Source of the DNA: Hyalangium minutum
Lineage (GTDB): Bacteria; Myxococcota; Myxococcia; Myxococcales; Myxococcaceae
DNA: 62,000 nt
NCBI RefSeq assembly: GCF_000737315.1
Contig: NZ_JMCB01000004.1
Location: 20,001-82,000, forward strand
Direction: 5' to 3'
In this document: positions 28,772 to 39,804 of the stretch, piece by piece
Position numbering within the stretch: position 1 is the stretch's first letter
Layout of the letters: each line of letters starts with the position of its first letter
Translations under genes and position numbers: made by a program
Notes under the pieces: model-generated
Databases searched by the model: none
What the model was told of the DNA's origin: nothing
The model's input: the letters and a program-made list of their open reading frames with translations, nothing else

Positions 28772-30417
28772 TCAGTTGCTGGGGCCAGCCGGCCGGCCGT
28801 TCGTGAAGAACTCGGTCCGGGGATGGCCCTCGGCGGAGGCGGGCGCGCCCAACTCCAGCATCGCCGCCAGCGTGGGGGCCACGTCCGTTGCGTTGATCTC
28901 CTGCAGGTACGTCCCCGGCTTCACGCCCTTGCCCGCGAACACCACCGGCACCTGCTGATCGTAGTTGTACGGCGTGCCGTGGTTCGTACCGACCAGCACG
29001 TTGCTGATGACCTGGAACGCCTGCGGCACGATCAAGACGTCTCCGCTGCGTCCAGCGTAATAGCCTCGCCGCACCGGCGCGATCAGCCCCGCCACATCCG
29101 GCGCCGTGTAGAGATCATCCCGCGCCACCGCCGCCGCGATGCCCGGCTGCTTCGACAGCCACTCCGCCGCCGCCCTCCGCACCGCCGCTCCGTCTGCCTT
29201 CCCGTCCTCGAGCGCCTTGCCTAACAAGTACACGTCCGACTCTTCCTGGGTGACCGTCACCTCCACCTGCGGAAACCGCGCCTTGAGTGCCTGCGCGAGC
29301 CCTTGCGACAGCTCCTTCGTGTTCATCCGCCGCGCCGGCAGCCCCTCCGAGGCCCAGTGCTCTGGCACCGCCGCCCCTCCGTGGTCCGCCGTCAGCACGA
29401 TGACCAGGTTCGCCCGGCCCCCCGCAGCCTTCTCCGCCGCCGTCACCAGCTCCGCCACTGCGCGGTCCAGCCGGTACAGCGTGTCCTGCATCTCCCATGG
29501 TACGGCCCGTATGCATGGAACACGCGGTCCGTCCCGCTGAAGCTCACCGCCAGCAGGTCCGGCACCTCGTCCTTGCCCAGCCCCTCGCCCTCCAGGGCCG
29601 CCTTCGCTGCCTGCACCAGCAAGTCATTCGAGTACGCCGAGCTCGCCAGCGCCGCATACGACCGCGGCCCCGCCATCTGGCCCCCTCCATTCAGCGGGTG
29701 TGGGAAGCTGCGCCCCAGCCCCGATTCGTCCGTCTCGTAGGGGCGCTCGTCCTCCCCCAGGTACTCCGTCTTCGGCAGCAGCAGCGTCCACTGCTGCGAG
29801 AAGTACCCGTCCGCCAGCTCCTTCGCGTTGAACGCCTGCAGCCACGCCGGGAACTCCTTCGTGTACCAGGTCCCCGTTACGAATTTCCCCACCGTCTCAT
29901 CGAACCAGTAGGCCTGCCCCAGCCGCCCCGCCAGTGGGATCGCCGCCCGGCCCTTGCCCGACAGCGCCACCGCCTTCCCTCGCCCCCGTGAGCTCATTCG
30001 CAGCCGGTCCGCCAGTGTCTCCGCCATCAGGTTCAGCGGGCTCGTGTCGCCCCTCGTGGCGAAGGTCAGGGGCACCTCCAGCACCGGGTGCGCCTCGTCC
30101 TGGAACACGCTCAGCGGCTGCCCCGTGGTGCGATCCACCACCCGGTTGTCGACAATCCCGTGCCGCCACGGGTTCGCCCCCGTGGACAGCGTCGTGTGCC
30201 CCGCCGCCGTCCGAGGCTTGGCGTAGTCGTACCGGCCGTACGGGTAGAACGCCCCACCGTCGAGCAGTTGACGCAGCCCGCTCTTGAACTTTGGCCGTGT
30301 GCGCAACAGCAGGTCCGTGCCGAGTGCATCCACCGAGATGAAGAGGGCCAGCCTCGGAGGCTTCGCGAACACCGGGAAGCTGAGGAGAACCACGGCCAGG
30401 GCGAGAGGGCGCACCAT
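28772..30417 (-). pseudogene. Alkaline phosphatase/nucleotide pyrophosphatase family (PafA-like) gene split by an apparent 1-bp deletion near 29499-29500
   Basis: N-part has a signal peptide, ISVDAL, TAAGHTTLSTG and SGTDRVFHAYGP. C-part has LTADHG and NHGTPY in another frame. Restoring one base gives YGPY-S-WEMQDT. Could be a sequencing error. Confidence 0.8.
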
Positions 30418-30515
30418 AGGGGGGCTCATCTTCGCCGCCAGATGGTCAGAAGCAACCAACTCGCCATGGCTTCGGCTTGGAGGGGCCCGATCCCCCTGTT
30501 ACCGTCGGCGCACGC

Positions 30516-30917
30516 ATGGTGGAAGCGCGGATCCGAGTCATCTACGGCGATACCGACCAGATGGGGGTCGTTTATCACGCCAACTACTTCCGCTACTTCG
30601 AGTTCTCCCGCATGGAGTTCTTCCGCGCTCGCGGCGGCAGCTACCAGGAGATGGAGCGCGAGGGCTACATGCTCCCCGTCGCCGAGGTCTCCTGCCAGTA
30701 CAAGGCCCCCGCACGCTACGACGATCTGCTCGTCATCCGTCCTCGTGTGACGGAGGTCCGCCGCGCCTCGCTCACTTTCCAGTACGAGATCTTTCGCGAC
30801 GGGAACCCCTCGACGTTGCTGTGCACCGGGCACACTCTCCATGCCTGCATCGGGCGCGACGGCAAGCCCCGGCGCTTCCCGGACACGTTCCTGCGTCTGC
30901 TCGAGCAGTCCCCCTGA
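30516..30917 (+). CDS. Acyl-CoA thioesterase, YbgC/4HBT hotdog family
   Basis: YGDTDQMGVVYHANYFRYFE motif. Confidence 0.93.
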   Translation: MVEARIRVIYGDTDQMGVVYHANYFRYFEFSRMEFFRARGGSYQEMEREGYMLPVAEVSCQYKAPARYDDLLVIRPRVTEVRRASLTFQYEIFRDGNPSTLLCTGHTLHACIGRDGKPRRFPDTFLRLLEQSP

Positions 30918-30947
30918 AAGTTCCACCTTCTCTCAAGGAGTCCCCAC

Positions 30948-31916
30948 ATGGATCGCAACCTGGCAATGGAGGCCGTGCGCGTCACCGAGATGGCGGCCAT
31001 CGCCTCCGCCCGTCTCATGGGCCGCGGCAGCAAGAACGAGTCGGATCAGGCCGCCGTGGACGCCATGCGCCGCGCCTTCGACGCCCTCTTCATCGACGGC
31101 ACCGTCGTCATCGGCGAGGGCGAGCGCGATGAGGCCCCCATGCTCTACATCGGCGAGCGCGTCGGCCGGCGCACCGAGGGCGTCCCCGAGGTGGACATCG
31201 CCCTGGACCCGCTGGAGGGCACCAACCTCGCCGCCTATGGCCGCCCCGGCGCCATCTCCGTGGTCGCCATGGCCAGCAAGGGCAACCTCCTCAACGCCCC
31301 GGATACCTATATGGAGAAGATCGCGGTGGGCCCGCGCGCCAAGGGTGCCATCGATCTGCGCCGCACCCCCACCGAGAACCTCCGTGCCGTCGCGGAGCGG
31401 CAGAAGGTCTATGTGGAGGATCTCACCGTGGTCATCCTCGACCGCGAGCGGCACGTGGACCTCATCAAGGAGGTCCGCGCCGCGGGCGCCCGCATCCGCC
31501 TCATCGAGGACGGCGACGTGGCCGGCGCCATCTCCACCTGCTTCGAGGAGACCGGTGTGGACGTGCTGATGGGCATCGGCGGCGCCCCCGAAGGCGTCAT
31601 CGCCGCGGCGGCGGTGCGCTGCGTGGGCGGCGACATGCAGGGCCGCCTCGTGCCGCGCAACCAGGGCGAGATTGACCGCGCCAAGAAGATGGGCATCACC
31701 GACATCACCAAGATCTACGCCGCCGATGAGCTGGCCAGGGGCGAGGTGATGTTTGCCGCCACCGGCGTCACCTCGGGCGACTTCCTCAAGGGCGTGCGCT
31801 TCTTCGGCGGCGGCTGTGAGACGCACTCCGTCGTCATGCGCAGCAAGACGGGCACCGTTCGTTTCGTGCAATCCGTCCACAAGTTCGACAAGAAGCCGGG
31901 GTACTCTGCGTTCTAG
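30948..31916 (+). CDS. glpX: Fructose-1,6-bisphosphatase class II
   Basis: VIGEGERDEAPMLYIGE, DPLEGT, YMEK, DGDV, GGAPEGV. Confidence 0.97.
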   Translation: MDRNLAMEAVRVTEMAAIASARLMGRGSKNESDQAAVDAMRRAFDALFIDGTVVIGEGERDEAPMLYIGERVGRRTEGVPEVDIALDPLEGTNLAAYGRPGAISVVAMASKGNLLNAPDTYMEKIAVGPRAKGAIDLRRTPTENLRAVAERQKVYVEDLTVVILDRERHVDLIKEVRAAGARIRLIEDGDVAGAISTCFEETGVDVLMGIGGAPEGVIAAAAVRCVGGDMQGRLVPRNQGEIDRAKKMGITDITKIYAADELARGEVMFAATGVTSGDFLKGVRFFGGGCETHSVVMRSKTGTVRFVQSVHKFDKKPGYSAF

Positions 31917-31952
31917 CTGCAGGCTTCCCCCTCACCCCGTCCGGAGAGTTCC

Positions 31953-32378
31953 ATGGCAGGCGCTACCCGCTCGATCATCATCAACGCCCCCATCGAGAAG
32001 GTGTTCGACGTCATCACCCAATACGAGAAGTACGGCGAGTTCCTCTCCGAGGTGAAGGAAGTGAAGACCTCGGGGCGCCAGGGCAATGAGGTCAACGTCC
32101 ACTACAAGGTCGATGTGGTGAAGACCATCAAGTACACCATCCGCGTCAAGGAGGAGCGCCCCACTCGCATGTCCTGGACCTTCGTGGACGGCGAGTTCAT
32201 GAAGGACAACAAGGGCAGCTGGGTGCTCGAGCCCGCGGGCGAAGGGAAGACCAAGGGCACCTACACCGTGGAGATGGCGCTCGGTGCCCTGGTCCCCAAG
32301 GCCGTCGTCAACGCCCTGGTCGACACCTCCCTCCCCAAGATGCTGGAGGCCTTCAAGCGCAGGGCGGAGACCCCCTGA
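31953..32378 (+). CDS. SRPBCC/START-fold (polyketide cyclase/Coq10-like) protein
   Basis: INAPIEKVF...YGEFL, GSWVL, C-terminal helix MLEAFKRRAE. Confidence 0.85.
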   Translation: MAGATRSIIINAPIEKVFDVITQYEKYGEFLSEVKEVKTSGRQGNEVNVHYKVDVVKTIKYTIRVKEERPTRMSWTFVDGEFMKDNKGSWVLEPAGEGKTKGTYTVEMALGALVPKAVVNALVDTSLPKMLEAFKRRAETP

Positions 32379-32747
32379 GCGCCTCCTCGGCCCTTCCTGT
32401 GCCCTGGATGTCATACCTGTACCCACCCTGGGCAAGAGGGCAGGCGAGCCTCGTCCAGGGGTTGCCACGTTGAATGGTCGAGGCTTCACCGCTGGTTGGA
32501 CGGCTTGCGGGTTGCCACGACTGCATTAGAATCAACGTACCCAGTGGCAGAAGGTCGAGCGCCAACCATGACATCCCTGACACAGGGGTGTGGCTTCGAT
32601 GTCGGTGCGGTGGACAGGCAACCGGGCCCGGTAGCAAGGTTGTACCCCCGCAGTGTTGGGGGACCTACCTTTGCATGCGAGAGCACCGGAGCCGGGGCGA
32701 GGTGGCGGGCGTACACCGGGGTATGTAGGCTGAGGGAGAGCAAACCC

Positions 32748-32921
32748 ATGCTGGACGCCTTCATCATCGAAGAGATCAAGCGCCGGGAGCGCAGCCGCGA
32801 GGAGCGCGAGCGCCCTGCCGTGGAGTTGCCGCTACCGGCTCCTCCGGATCGTCCGCGCCGTCGCACGGAGACGGACGACGAGGAGAAGCCGCCTCGCGGT
32901 GTCGTCGTCATTGACCTCTGA
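32748..32921 (+). CDS. Small (57 aa) charged hypothetical protein
   Basis: GGGAG SD then ATG 32748. MLDAFIIEEIKRRE...GVVVIDL has coding-like codon usage. Confidence 0.7.
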   Translation: MLDAFIIEEIKRRERSREERERPAVELPLPAPPDRPRRRTETDDEEKPPRGVVVIDL

Positions 32922-33037
32922 AGCCGGCTCCTTCGGCTTCAGCGTGGCTCTGAGCCCGCGGCAGGTGTCCCCTCGGGGACTGCCTCCCGCGGGCTTCGTG
33001 CGTTCAGGGGCTGCGCTGGCTTCTCAGTCCTGGCCGC

Positions 33038-34201
33038 TCAGTCCTGCACGAGGGCGAGCAAGTGCCGCGGGTGGTAGAGGTTCCACAGCGGCCCGCGCAC
33101 GGTGTTCATGGACTCGAGGACGAGCTGCTTCCACTCGGCGGGGATGGCGCTCTCTCCGTAGAAGGCGCCCAGGAGCGCGCCGGTGATGGCGCCGTGCGCG
33201 TCTGCGTCCGCCCCCCGGTTCGCCACGTCCACCAGCGCGGCCTCGAGGCTGGGGGCGTGCAGCAGCTCCCAGAAGGCCAGCCGGAAGGCGATGCGCACGT
33301 GGCCGTGGTGGCGGTGCAGGTGCAGCTCCGGTCCGTAGAGCATGGGGTTCTGTTGCTGCGCTGCCTCCAGGTCCGCCCAGAGCAGGGACTTGGCGAACGA
33401 CACCTCTTCCACGTAGTCGGACAGCGAGCGGGCCAGCGCCGCCGCGCCAATGGAGAGCCCCTTCTGCGCGGCGATGAGGAGGTCCGAGGGCTGGAGCTTG
33501 TCGCCGCCGGTGATGGCCCTGGCGATGGCCTCGTTCAGGGCCACGCAGGCGAGCTGGCAGCGCGGATCGTAGTGGGTGAGGGCGGAGTCGTCGAACGAGG
33601 CCTGAAGGCGGGCCGCATCATCCTTGGCGAAGAAGACGCCGATGGGGGCCGTGCGCGCCAGGCTGCTGTTGGTGCAGGAGCGGCGGAAGCCTCGGATCCA
33701 CACGCGACGCCCCGAGGTGAGCGCGGGCATGCCTGCGTCCATCTCGTTGAGCACCTCGCGCATCGGATCGCTCATGTCGAAGGCGACGGGCTTCCAGGCG
33801 CGGTAGCGGCGGACGACGTCCGAGGCGTTGTAGCTCTTCACCTCTTTCAGGCTCCAGGCAATGCAGCACGCCATGTGCGTCTCGTCCGTCACCTGGCCCT
33901 TGCGCAGCTCCACCACCGGAGGAGGCAGCTCGCCGTTTTCGGGGATCCCCTCGGGGAAGTCCTCGTAGTTGGCCGTCATGGGATCCTGGGGGATCCGGGA
34001 CTTGAACTTGCCGCCCATGGGCATGCGGCGCATGCCGTCCGCCAGCTGGGGGAAGAGGGGGGCCAGGAGGTTGCGGCCTCGCATGGGCGCCCCGAGCGCG
34101 TCCCCTACGGCCAGGCCCAGCAGCGCACCTCGGCTCCGCTGGCCCGGGAGGGGATCCGGACCCTTCTGTTTCGGAGGTGGTCGGCGCGGCGGGGGAGGCA
34201 T
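33038..34201 (-). CDS. ADP-ribosylglycohydrolase family protein
   Basis: GLAVGDALG, QVTDET, NSSLARTAP, THYDP, GADADAHGAITGALLGA. Confidence 0.88.
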   Translation of the reverse strand: MPPPPRRPPPKQKGPDPLPGQRSRGALLGLAVGDALGAPMRGRNLLAPLFPQLADGMRRMPMGGKFKSRIPQDPMTANYEDFPEGIPENGELPPPVVELRKGQVTDETHMACCIAWSLKEVKSYNASDVVRRYRAWKPVAFDMSDPMREVLNEMDAGMPALTSGRRVWIRGFRRSCTNSSLARTAPIGVFFAKDDAARLQASFDDSALTHYDPRCQLACVALNEAIARAITGGDKLQPSDLLIAAQKGLSIGAAALARSLSDYVEEVSFAKSLLWADLEAAQQQNPMLYGPELHLHRHHGHVRIAFRLAFWELLHAPSLEAALVDVANRGADADAHGAITGALLGAFYGESAIPAEWKQLVLESMNTVRGPLWNLYHPRHLLALVQD

Positions 34202-34241
34202 GGGCAGGGGGTGGACGGGCCTTCAGGGGTGGACACTGTAG

Positions 34242-35594
<1,353 letters not shown>

Positions 35595-35600
35595 GGCGAC

Positions 35601-36389
35601 GTGACCCAGGCCCGACGCCCTCGCATCCTGGTCTCCAATGATGATGGGTACTTCTCGGACGGGCTGAAGGCGCTGGTCGAGGCCGTCAGCCCGCTCGGGG
35701 AGGTGTGGGTGGTGGCGCCGGACCGCGAGCAGAGCGCGGCCTCGCACGCCATCTCCCTGCACCGCCCCCTGCGCATCAAGGAGATCCGCGAGCGCTGGTT
35801 TGCCGTGGATGGCACCCCTGCGGACAGCGCTTATCTGGCGATCAACCACCTCCTCAAGGATGATCGCCCCCAGCTCATGGTGTCTGGGATCAATCACGGC
35901 GCGAATCTGGCGGACGACGTCACCTACTCGGGGACCGTCGCCGCCGCCATGGAGGGGGCCCTGCTTGGGGTGCCCTCCATCGCGTTCAGCCTCGCCTCCC
36001 ACGCGCCGTTCGACTTCAAACCCGCGGCCCGGTTCGCCCGTGCGATCGTGGCCGAGGCCCTGTCGCGGACGCTGCCTCCGCGGATGCTGTTGAACGTGAA
36101 CATCCCCGGCGGCGTGGAGCCGGAGGGCTACGTCGTCACCCGGCTCGGGCGGCACAGCTACGGCTATGCCGTGACCGAGAACGTCGATCCGCGGGGCAAG
36201 AAGTACTACTGGATCGGCGGCAGCGAGTACGAGCACGAGGACATCCCCGGCAGCGACTGCAACGCCGTCCACCTGGACAAGCGCGTCTCCGTCACGCCGC
36301 TGCACCTCGATTTGACCGATCACAGCCGGCTCTCCGATCTCGCGGGGTGGACGATCGAGGGCTTCCGGCGCTCCGGGTCGGGTGGGTGA
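35601..36389 (+). CDS. surE: 5'/3'-nucleotidase SurE
   Basis: ILVSNDDG, DGTPAD, SGINHGAN, YSGTV. Confidence 0.97.
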   Translation: MTQARRPRILVSNDDGYFSDGLKALVEAVSPLGEVWVVAPDREQSAASHAISLHRPLRIKEIRERWFAVDGTPADSAYLAINHLLKDDRPQLMVSGINHGANLADDVTYSGTVAAAMEGALLGVPSIAFSLASHAPFDFKPAARFARAIVAEALSRTLPPRMLLNVNIPGGVEPEGYVVTRLGRHSYGYAVTENVDPRGKKYYWIGGSEYEHEDIPGSDCNAVHLDKRVSVTPLHLDLTDHSRLSDLAGWTIEGFRRSGSGG

Positions 36390-37357
36390 GGTTGGCTGGC
36401 CGGTGTCTCAGCCGAGCGGGCTTGGCGCTCCTCCTGGTTCTCGGCGCCACCGGGTGTGCCAGCTCTCAGTCTGCCTCGCGCCCCCGAGGGCTCGAGGCAC
36501 CGCCGTCTCCCTCGGAGGTTGAGGCACGGGCTCCCGCGAAGGGAACCGCGCCTGCTCCCGGGGCCTCTGCCTCCGCGTCATCGGCCTCTCTGCCCATCAC
36601 CTTGCGGGCCGCGCATCCCGAGCCGGAGCTTCTCACCGTCCGTCACAAGGTGGCGCCCGGAGAGACGGTGTTCCGCATTGCTCGCTCGTATGGCGTCACT
36701 GTGGACGACTTGAAGGCCGCCAATGGCATCAAGGATCCCCGGAGCCTCTCCGTGGGACAGGAGCTGCTCATCCCCACCGTGCCTCCCGAGGACGAGGCAC
36801 CTGAGCCCCCAGATGAGCCTCACGTGGAGCCCGATGTGGGGCCCGCGCCGGGGAAGGGTGGGGCGCCTCGGGTTGTCGTGGGCCGGGATGATCTGCCGCC
36901 TCGGCCTCGTCTGCAGGAGAAGCCCACGCCTCCTCGGAAGGGGGGCAAGGCCTCGCGGCCCGAGCCAGCGACCAAGGGGATGCTCGACTGGCCGTTCCGA
37001 GGCGTGCTGTACGGCCGCTTTGGCAAGAAGGGCCGCGAGCCCCACGACGGCATCGACCTGGCGGCCCCGGCGGGAACTCCGGTCCAGACGGCCCAGGAGG
37101 GCACTGTCCTCTATGCGGGCGAGCAGAAGGGTTACGGCCTCATCGTCATCGTCCAGCACCCCAACGGCCTCATTACGCTCTACGCCCACAACCGGGATCT
37201 GCGAGTGAAGACCGGGCAGACCGTGCGTCGCTCCCAGGTAGTGGCCACGGTGGGAGAGTCCGGGCGGACGTCGGGTCCCCACTGCCACTTCGAGGTCCGC
37301 CTGGAGGGCAAGCCCGTGGACCCGCTGGACTACCTCGGGCCTCTCCCGTCCTCCTGA
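36386..37357 (+). CDS. LysM + M23 peptidase lipoprotein (NlpD-like)
   Basis: GTG overlaps the surE TGA. Lipobox ATGC, LysM HKVAPGETVFRIA, M23 HDGID, YAH and HCH motifs. Confidence 0.9.
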   Translation: MRLAGRCLSRAGLALLLVLGATGCASSQSASRPRGLEAPPSPSEVEARAPAKGTAPAPGASASASSASLPITLRAAHPEPELLTVRHKVAPGETVFRIARSYGVTVDDLKAANGIKDPRSLSVGQELLIPTVPPEDEAPEPPDEPHVEPDVGPAPGKGGAPRVVVGRDDLPPRPRLQEKPTPPRKGGKASRPEPATKGMLDWPFRGVLYGRFGKKGREPHDGIDLAAPAGTPVQTAQEGTVLYAGEQKGYGLIVIVQHPNGLITLYAHNRDLRVKTGQTVRRSQVVATVGESGRTSGPHCHFEVRLEGKPVDPLDYLGPLPSS

Positions 37358-37414
37358 GGCAGGCAGGCGGGGAGGGGGATGGCTCTCGGCGCCGATTCTC
37401 CTAGAGTGTCGCCG

Positions 37415-38635
37415 GTGAAGCGCCTTAGCCCCCTGATCTTCCTCTCGCTGCTGCTCTCGACGGCTGCCTGGGCCCAGACCCCTGCTCCCGCCGAGGAGCC
37501 GGCGTCCTCGTCCGCTTCTCTTGCCGCGCCTGTCGCGCCCGCAGCGCCTCCCGAGGCTGCTCCCGCGACGCCTCCGGCTGAAGCTCCTGCGGCTGAAGCT
37601 CCTGCGGCAGTGGCACCTCCCGCTGCCACGGCGGCCCCCGAGCAGAAGCCTGCGTCCGAGAAGAAGCCGTCCGACGCCTCGCCGTTGCCCACCGTGGCCG
37701 TGCTCGCGCTCGAGTCCAACAAGGCAGCTCAGGAGGCCGCGCCCGGCATTGCCTCGCTCATCGCGAGCCGGCTTGCTGACTCTCCCAAGCTCAAGGTGCT
37801 CACCCAGCGGGACATCGAAACGATGCTGAGCACCGAGCGCCAGCGCCAGCTGCTGGGCTCTGGCTCGTGCTCCAGCAAAGGCCCCTGCCTCGAGGAGCTA
37901 TCGAACGCCATCGGCGCCCAGTATGTGGTGGCCGGGCGGCTGGACCGCTTCGGGGACAAGTACCTGCTCACCGTCAGCCTGCTCGACACGTTCTCGGGAC
38001 GCAGCCTGGCCCGGCCCGCCGCCGAGGCCCCCAGCACCGAGGATCTCCTCCAGGTTGCGGATGCCGTCGGAGAGCAGCTGCTCGCCGAGCTGGCGCCCGA
38101 GGGCGAGACGCGCGCGGCCCGGCCGCTATTCGGCAGCGCCAGGGAGACCCCCGGCGGTGGTCTCGTGCTGGGGTTGCGCATCAACAACAGCTTCATCTCC
38201 AACATCCAGGCCCTCAACCCCGGCGCGGACCTCGAGGTGGGCTATGCCTTCCATCCCGAGTGGGTGGGCTTCCTCCAGGTGGGCATCACCTTCATCCGGG
38301 CGAATGGCGATGAGAGCGAGTCCGGCCGTCTCCGCATCCTGCCCAGCCTGCTCGGGGCCCGTCATTACTACCGGCTGCAGCACGCCTTCCGGCCGTACTG
38401 GGGGCTGGGGCTCGGCGTGCAGCTCGCGTTCGGGCAGTTCGGCATCTTCGAGTCCACCGGCTCGCTGCCCACAGTGATCGGCTTCTTCGGCGCCGAGTAC
38501 CTCATTGGCGGCAAGTTCGGCATCCACCTCGAGGCCGGCACCAATCTCGCTCAGGCCACGCTGGGCCTCGCGGACAACGGGCTCGGGGATGGGCTCAACC
38601 TCGATCTCACCGCTGGCATCCTGTACCACTTCTGA
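37415..38635 (+). CDS. Secreted/outer-membrane protein: Pro/Ala linker, TolB-N/FlgO-like alpha-beta domain and C-terminal beta-barrel
   Basis: Signal peptide MKRLSPLIFLSLLLSTAAWA, TVAVLAL...YVVAGRL fold, alternating beta-strands, terminal beta-signal ILYHF. Confidence 0.65.
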   Translation: MKRLSPLIFLSLLLSTAAWAQTPAPAEEPASSSASLAAPVAPAAPPEAAPATPPAEAPAAEAPAAVAPPAATAAPEQKPASEKKPSDASPLPTVAVLALESNKAAQEAAPGIASLIASRLADSPKLKVLTQRDIETMLSTERQRQLLGSGSCSSKGPCLEELSNAIGAQYVVAGRLDRFGDKYLLTVSLLDTFSGRSLARPAAEAPSTEDLLQVADAVGEQLLAELAPEGETRAARPLFGSARETPGGGLVLGLRINNSFISNIQALNPGADLEVGYAFHPEWVGFLQVGITFIRANGDESESGRLRILPSLLGARHYYRLQHAFRPYWGLGLGVQLAFGQFGIFESTGSLPTVIGFFGAEYLIGGKFGIHLEAGTNLAQATLGLADNGLGDGLNLDLTAGILYHF

Positions 38636-38652
38636 AGTCTGGAGCCCCGTTT

Positions 38653-39792
38653 ATGCCTTCGCGCCTGCGCGCTCTGTCGCTGCTCGCCTTGCTCGCCACA
38701 GCGGCTTGTGACGACACGCCCAAGATCGATCCCAAGGACCGCGCTGAGGGCCTCTACGTGAAGGGCAATGCCGAGTATCTGCACGGCGACTTCGATCAGG
38801 CGCTCGCCTCGTTCGCGGAGATGAAGCAGCTGGCGCCCAATGACCCGCGCCTGCCCGCCGCCGTGGGCGAGGTCTACCTCTCCATGGGCAAGTACGCCGA
38901 GGCGCTCACCGAGTTCCAGGCGGCGCTGGCGCTCGATCCGAAGCGCTCCACCACCTGGAGCCGCATCGGCTTCATCCAGGCGCAGACGGGCAAGTACGAG
39001 GAGGCCATGAGCTCGCTGCGCAAGGCCATTGGCCTGTATCCCAAGGACTTCAACGCGCTGGAGCAGCTGGCGGAGATCCACCACAAGCGCGGAGAGAACG
39101 ACGAGGCCGTCCGCCACTTCACGCTCGCCGCCGAGGTCAGCCCCGAGAAGCTCAAGCCCGACTATCTGCTCAAGGCGGTGGAACTGCTCCAGCAGGACAG
39201 CCGGCACGCGGAGGCGCTCACCCTGTTGCAGAAGTGGGTGGGGCAGGGCGTTCGTACCTCTGAGGTGCTCTCGGTCTTTGGGGACGAGCAGGTGCGCGCC
39301 GGGAAGATGGACGAGGCGGCCGCCGCCTACAAAGAGGCCGCGCAGAAGTCGCCCAAGGATCCCTCGATGTGGGAGCTCGTCGGCCGCATCTACGCCAGTC
39401 AGGGCAAGAGCGCGGACGCGCTCGCGGCGTTCCGCGAGTCCCTCAAGGTGAAGGACCGCGCTCTGGTGCACGTGGCCATCGCGCAGCTCCACCTGGCTCA
39501 GAAGGACCGCAAGGCCGCCGAGGAGGAGCTGAGCAAGGCGCTGGAGACGGCTTCCGGCGAGGACGTGCGCGAGTTGATCGAGCTGTCGGAGCTGCTCGTG
39601 ACGATGGAGCGCAAGCCGGACGCGCTGCGCATCCTCAGCAACCTGGCCGCCGAGCCGGACAACGCGAACAACGAGGAGCTGCAGCTGCGCACTGCCCGGC
39701 TGGCGCGCGACCTGAAGGACACCGCGACCGTGAAGACCGCCTGCTCCCGCATCACCGGGAAAGACGGAGGCGGTGCCCCCGCCTGCCCGTAA
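38653..39792 (+). CDS. TPR-repeat lipoprotein
   Basis: Lipobox TAAC followed by multiple TPR repeats. Confidence 0.85.
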   Translation: MPSRLRALSLLALLATAACDDTPKIDPKDRAEGLYVKGNAEYLHGDFDQALASFAEMKQLAPNDPRLPAAVGEVYLSMGKYAEALTEFQAALALDPKRSTTWSRIGFIQAQTGKYEEAMSSLRKAIGLYPKDFNALEQLAEIHHKRGENDEAVRHFTLAAEVSPEKLKPDYLLKAVELLQQDSRHAEALTLLQKWVGQGVRTSEVLSVFGDEQVRAGKMDEAAAAYKEAAQKSPKDPSMWELVGRIYASQGKSADALAAFRESLKVKDRALVHVAIAQLHLAQKDRKAAEEELSKALETASGEDVRELIELSELLVTMERKPDALRILSNLAAEPDNANNEELQLRTARLARDLKDTATVKTACSRITGKDGGGAPACP

Positions 39793-39804
39793 CTACCCGG
39801 GACG

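Noticed and set aside
31953-32378. RatA-type toxin-antitoxin module
   Set aside because: SRPBCC fold only; no RatB/RnfH partner or smpB context.
32379-32747. 6S RNA, tRNA or known riboswitch
   Set aside because: No cloverleaf, no 6S-like closed central bubble and no riboswitch consensus that I could recognise. Kept only as an unassigned candidate.
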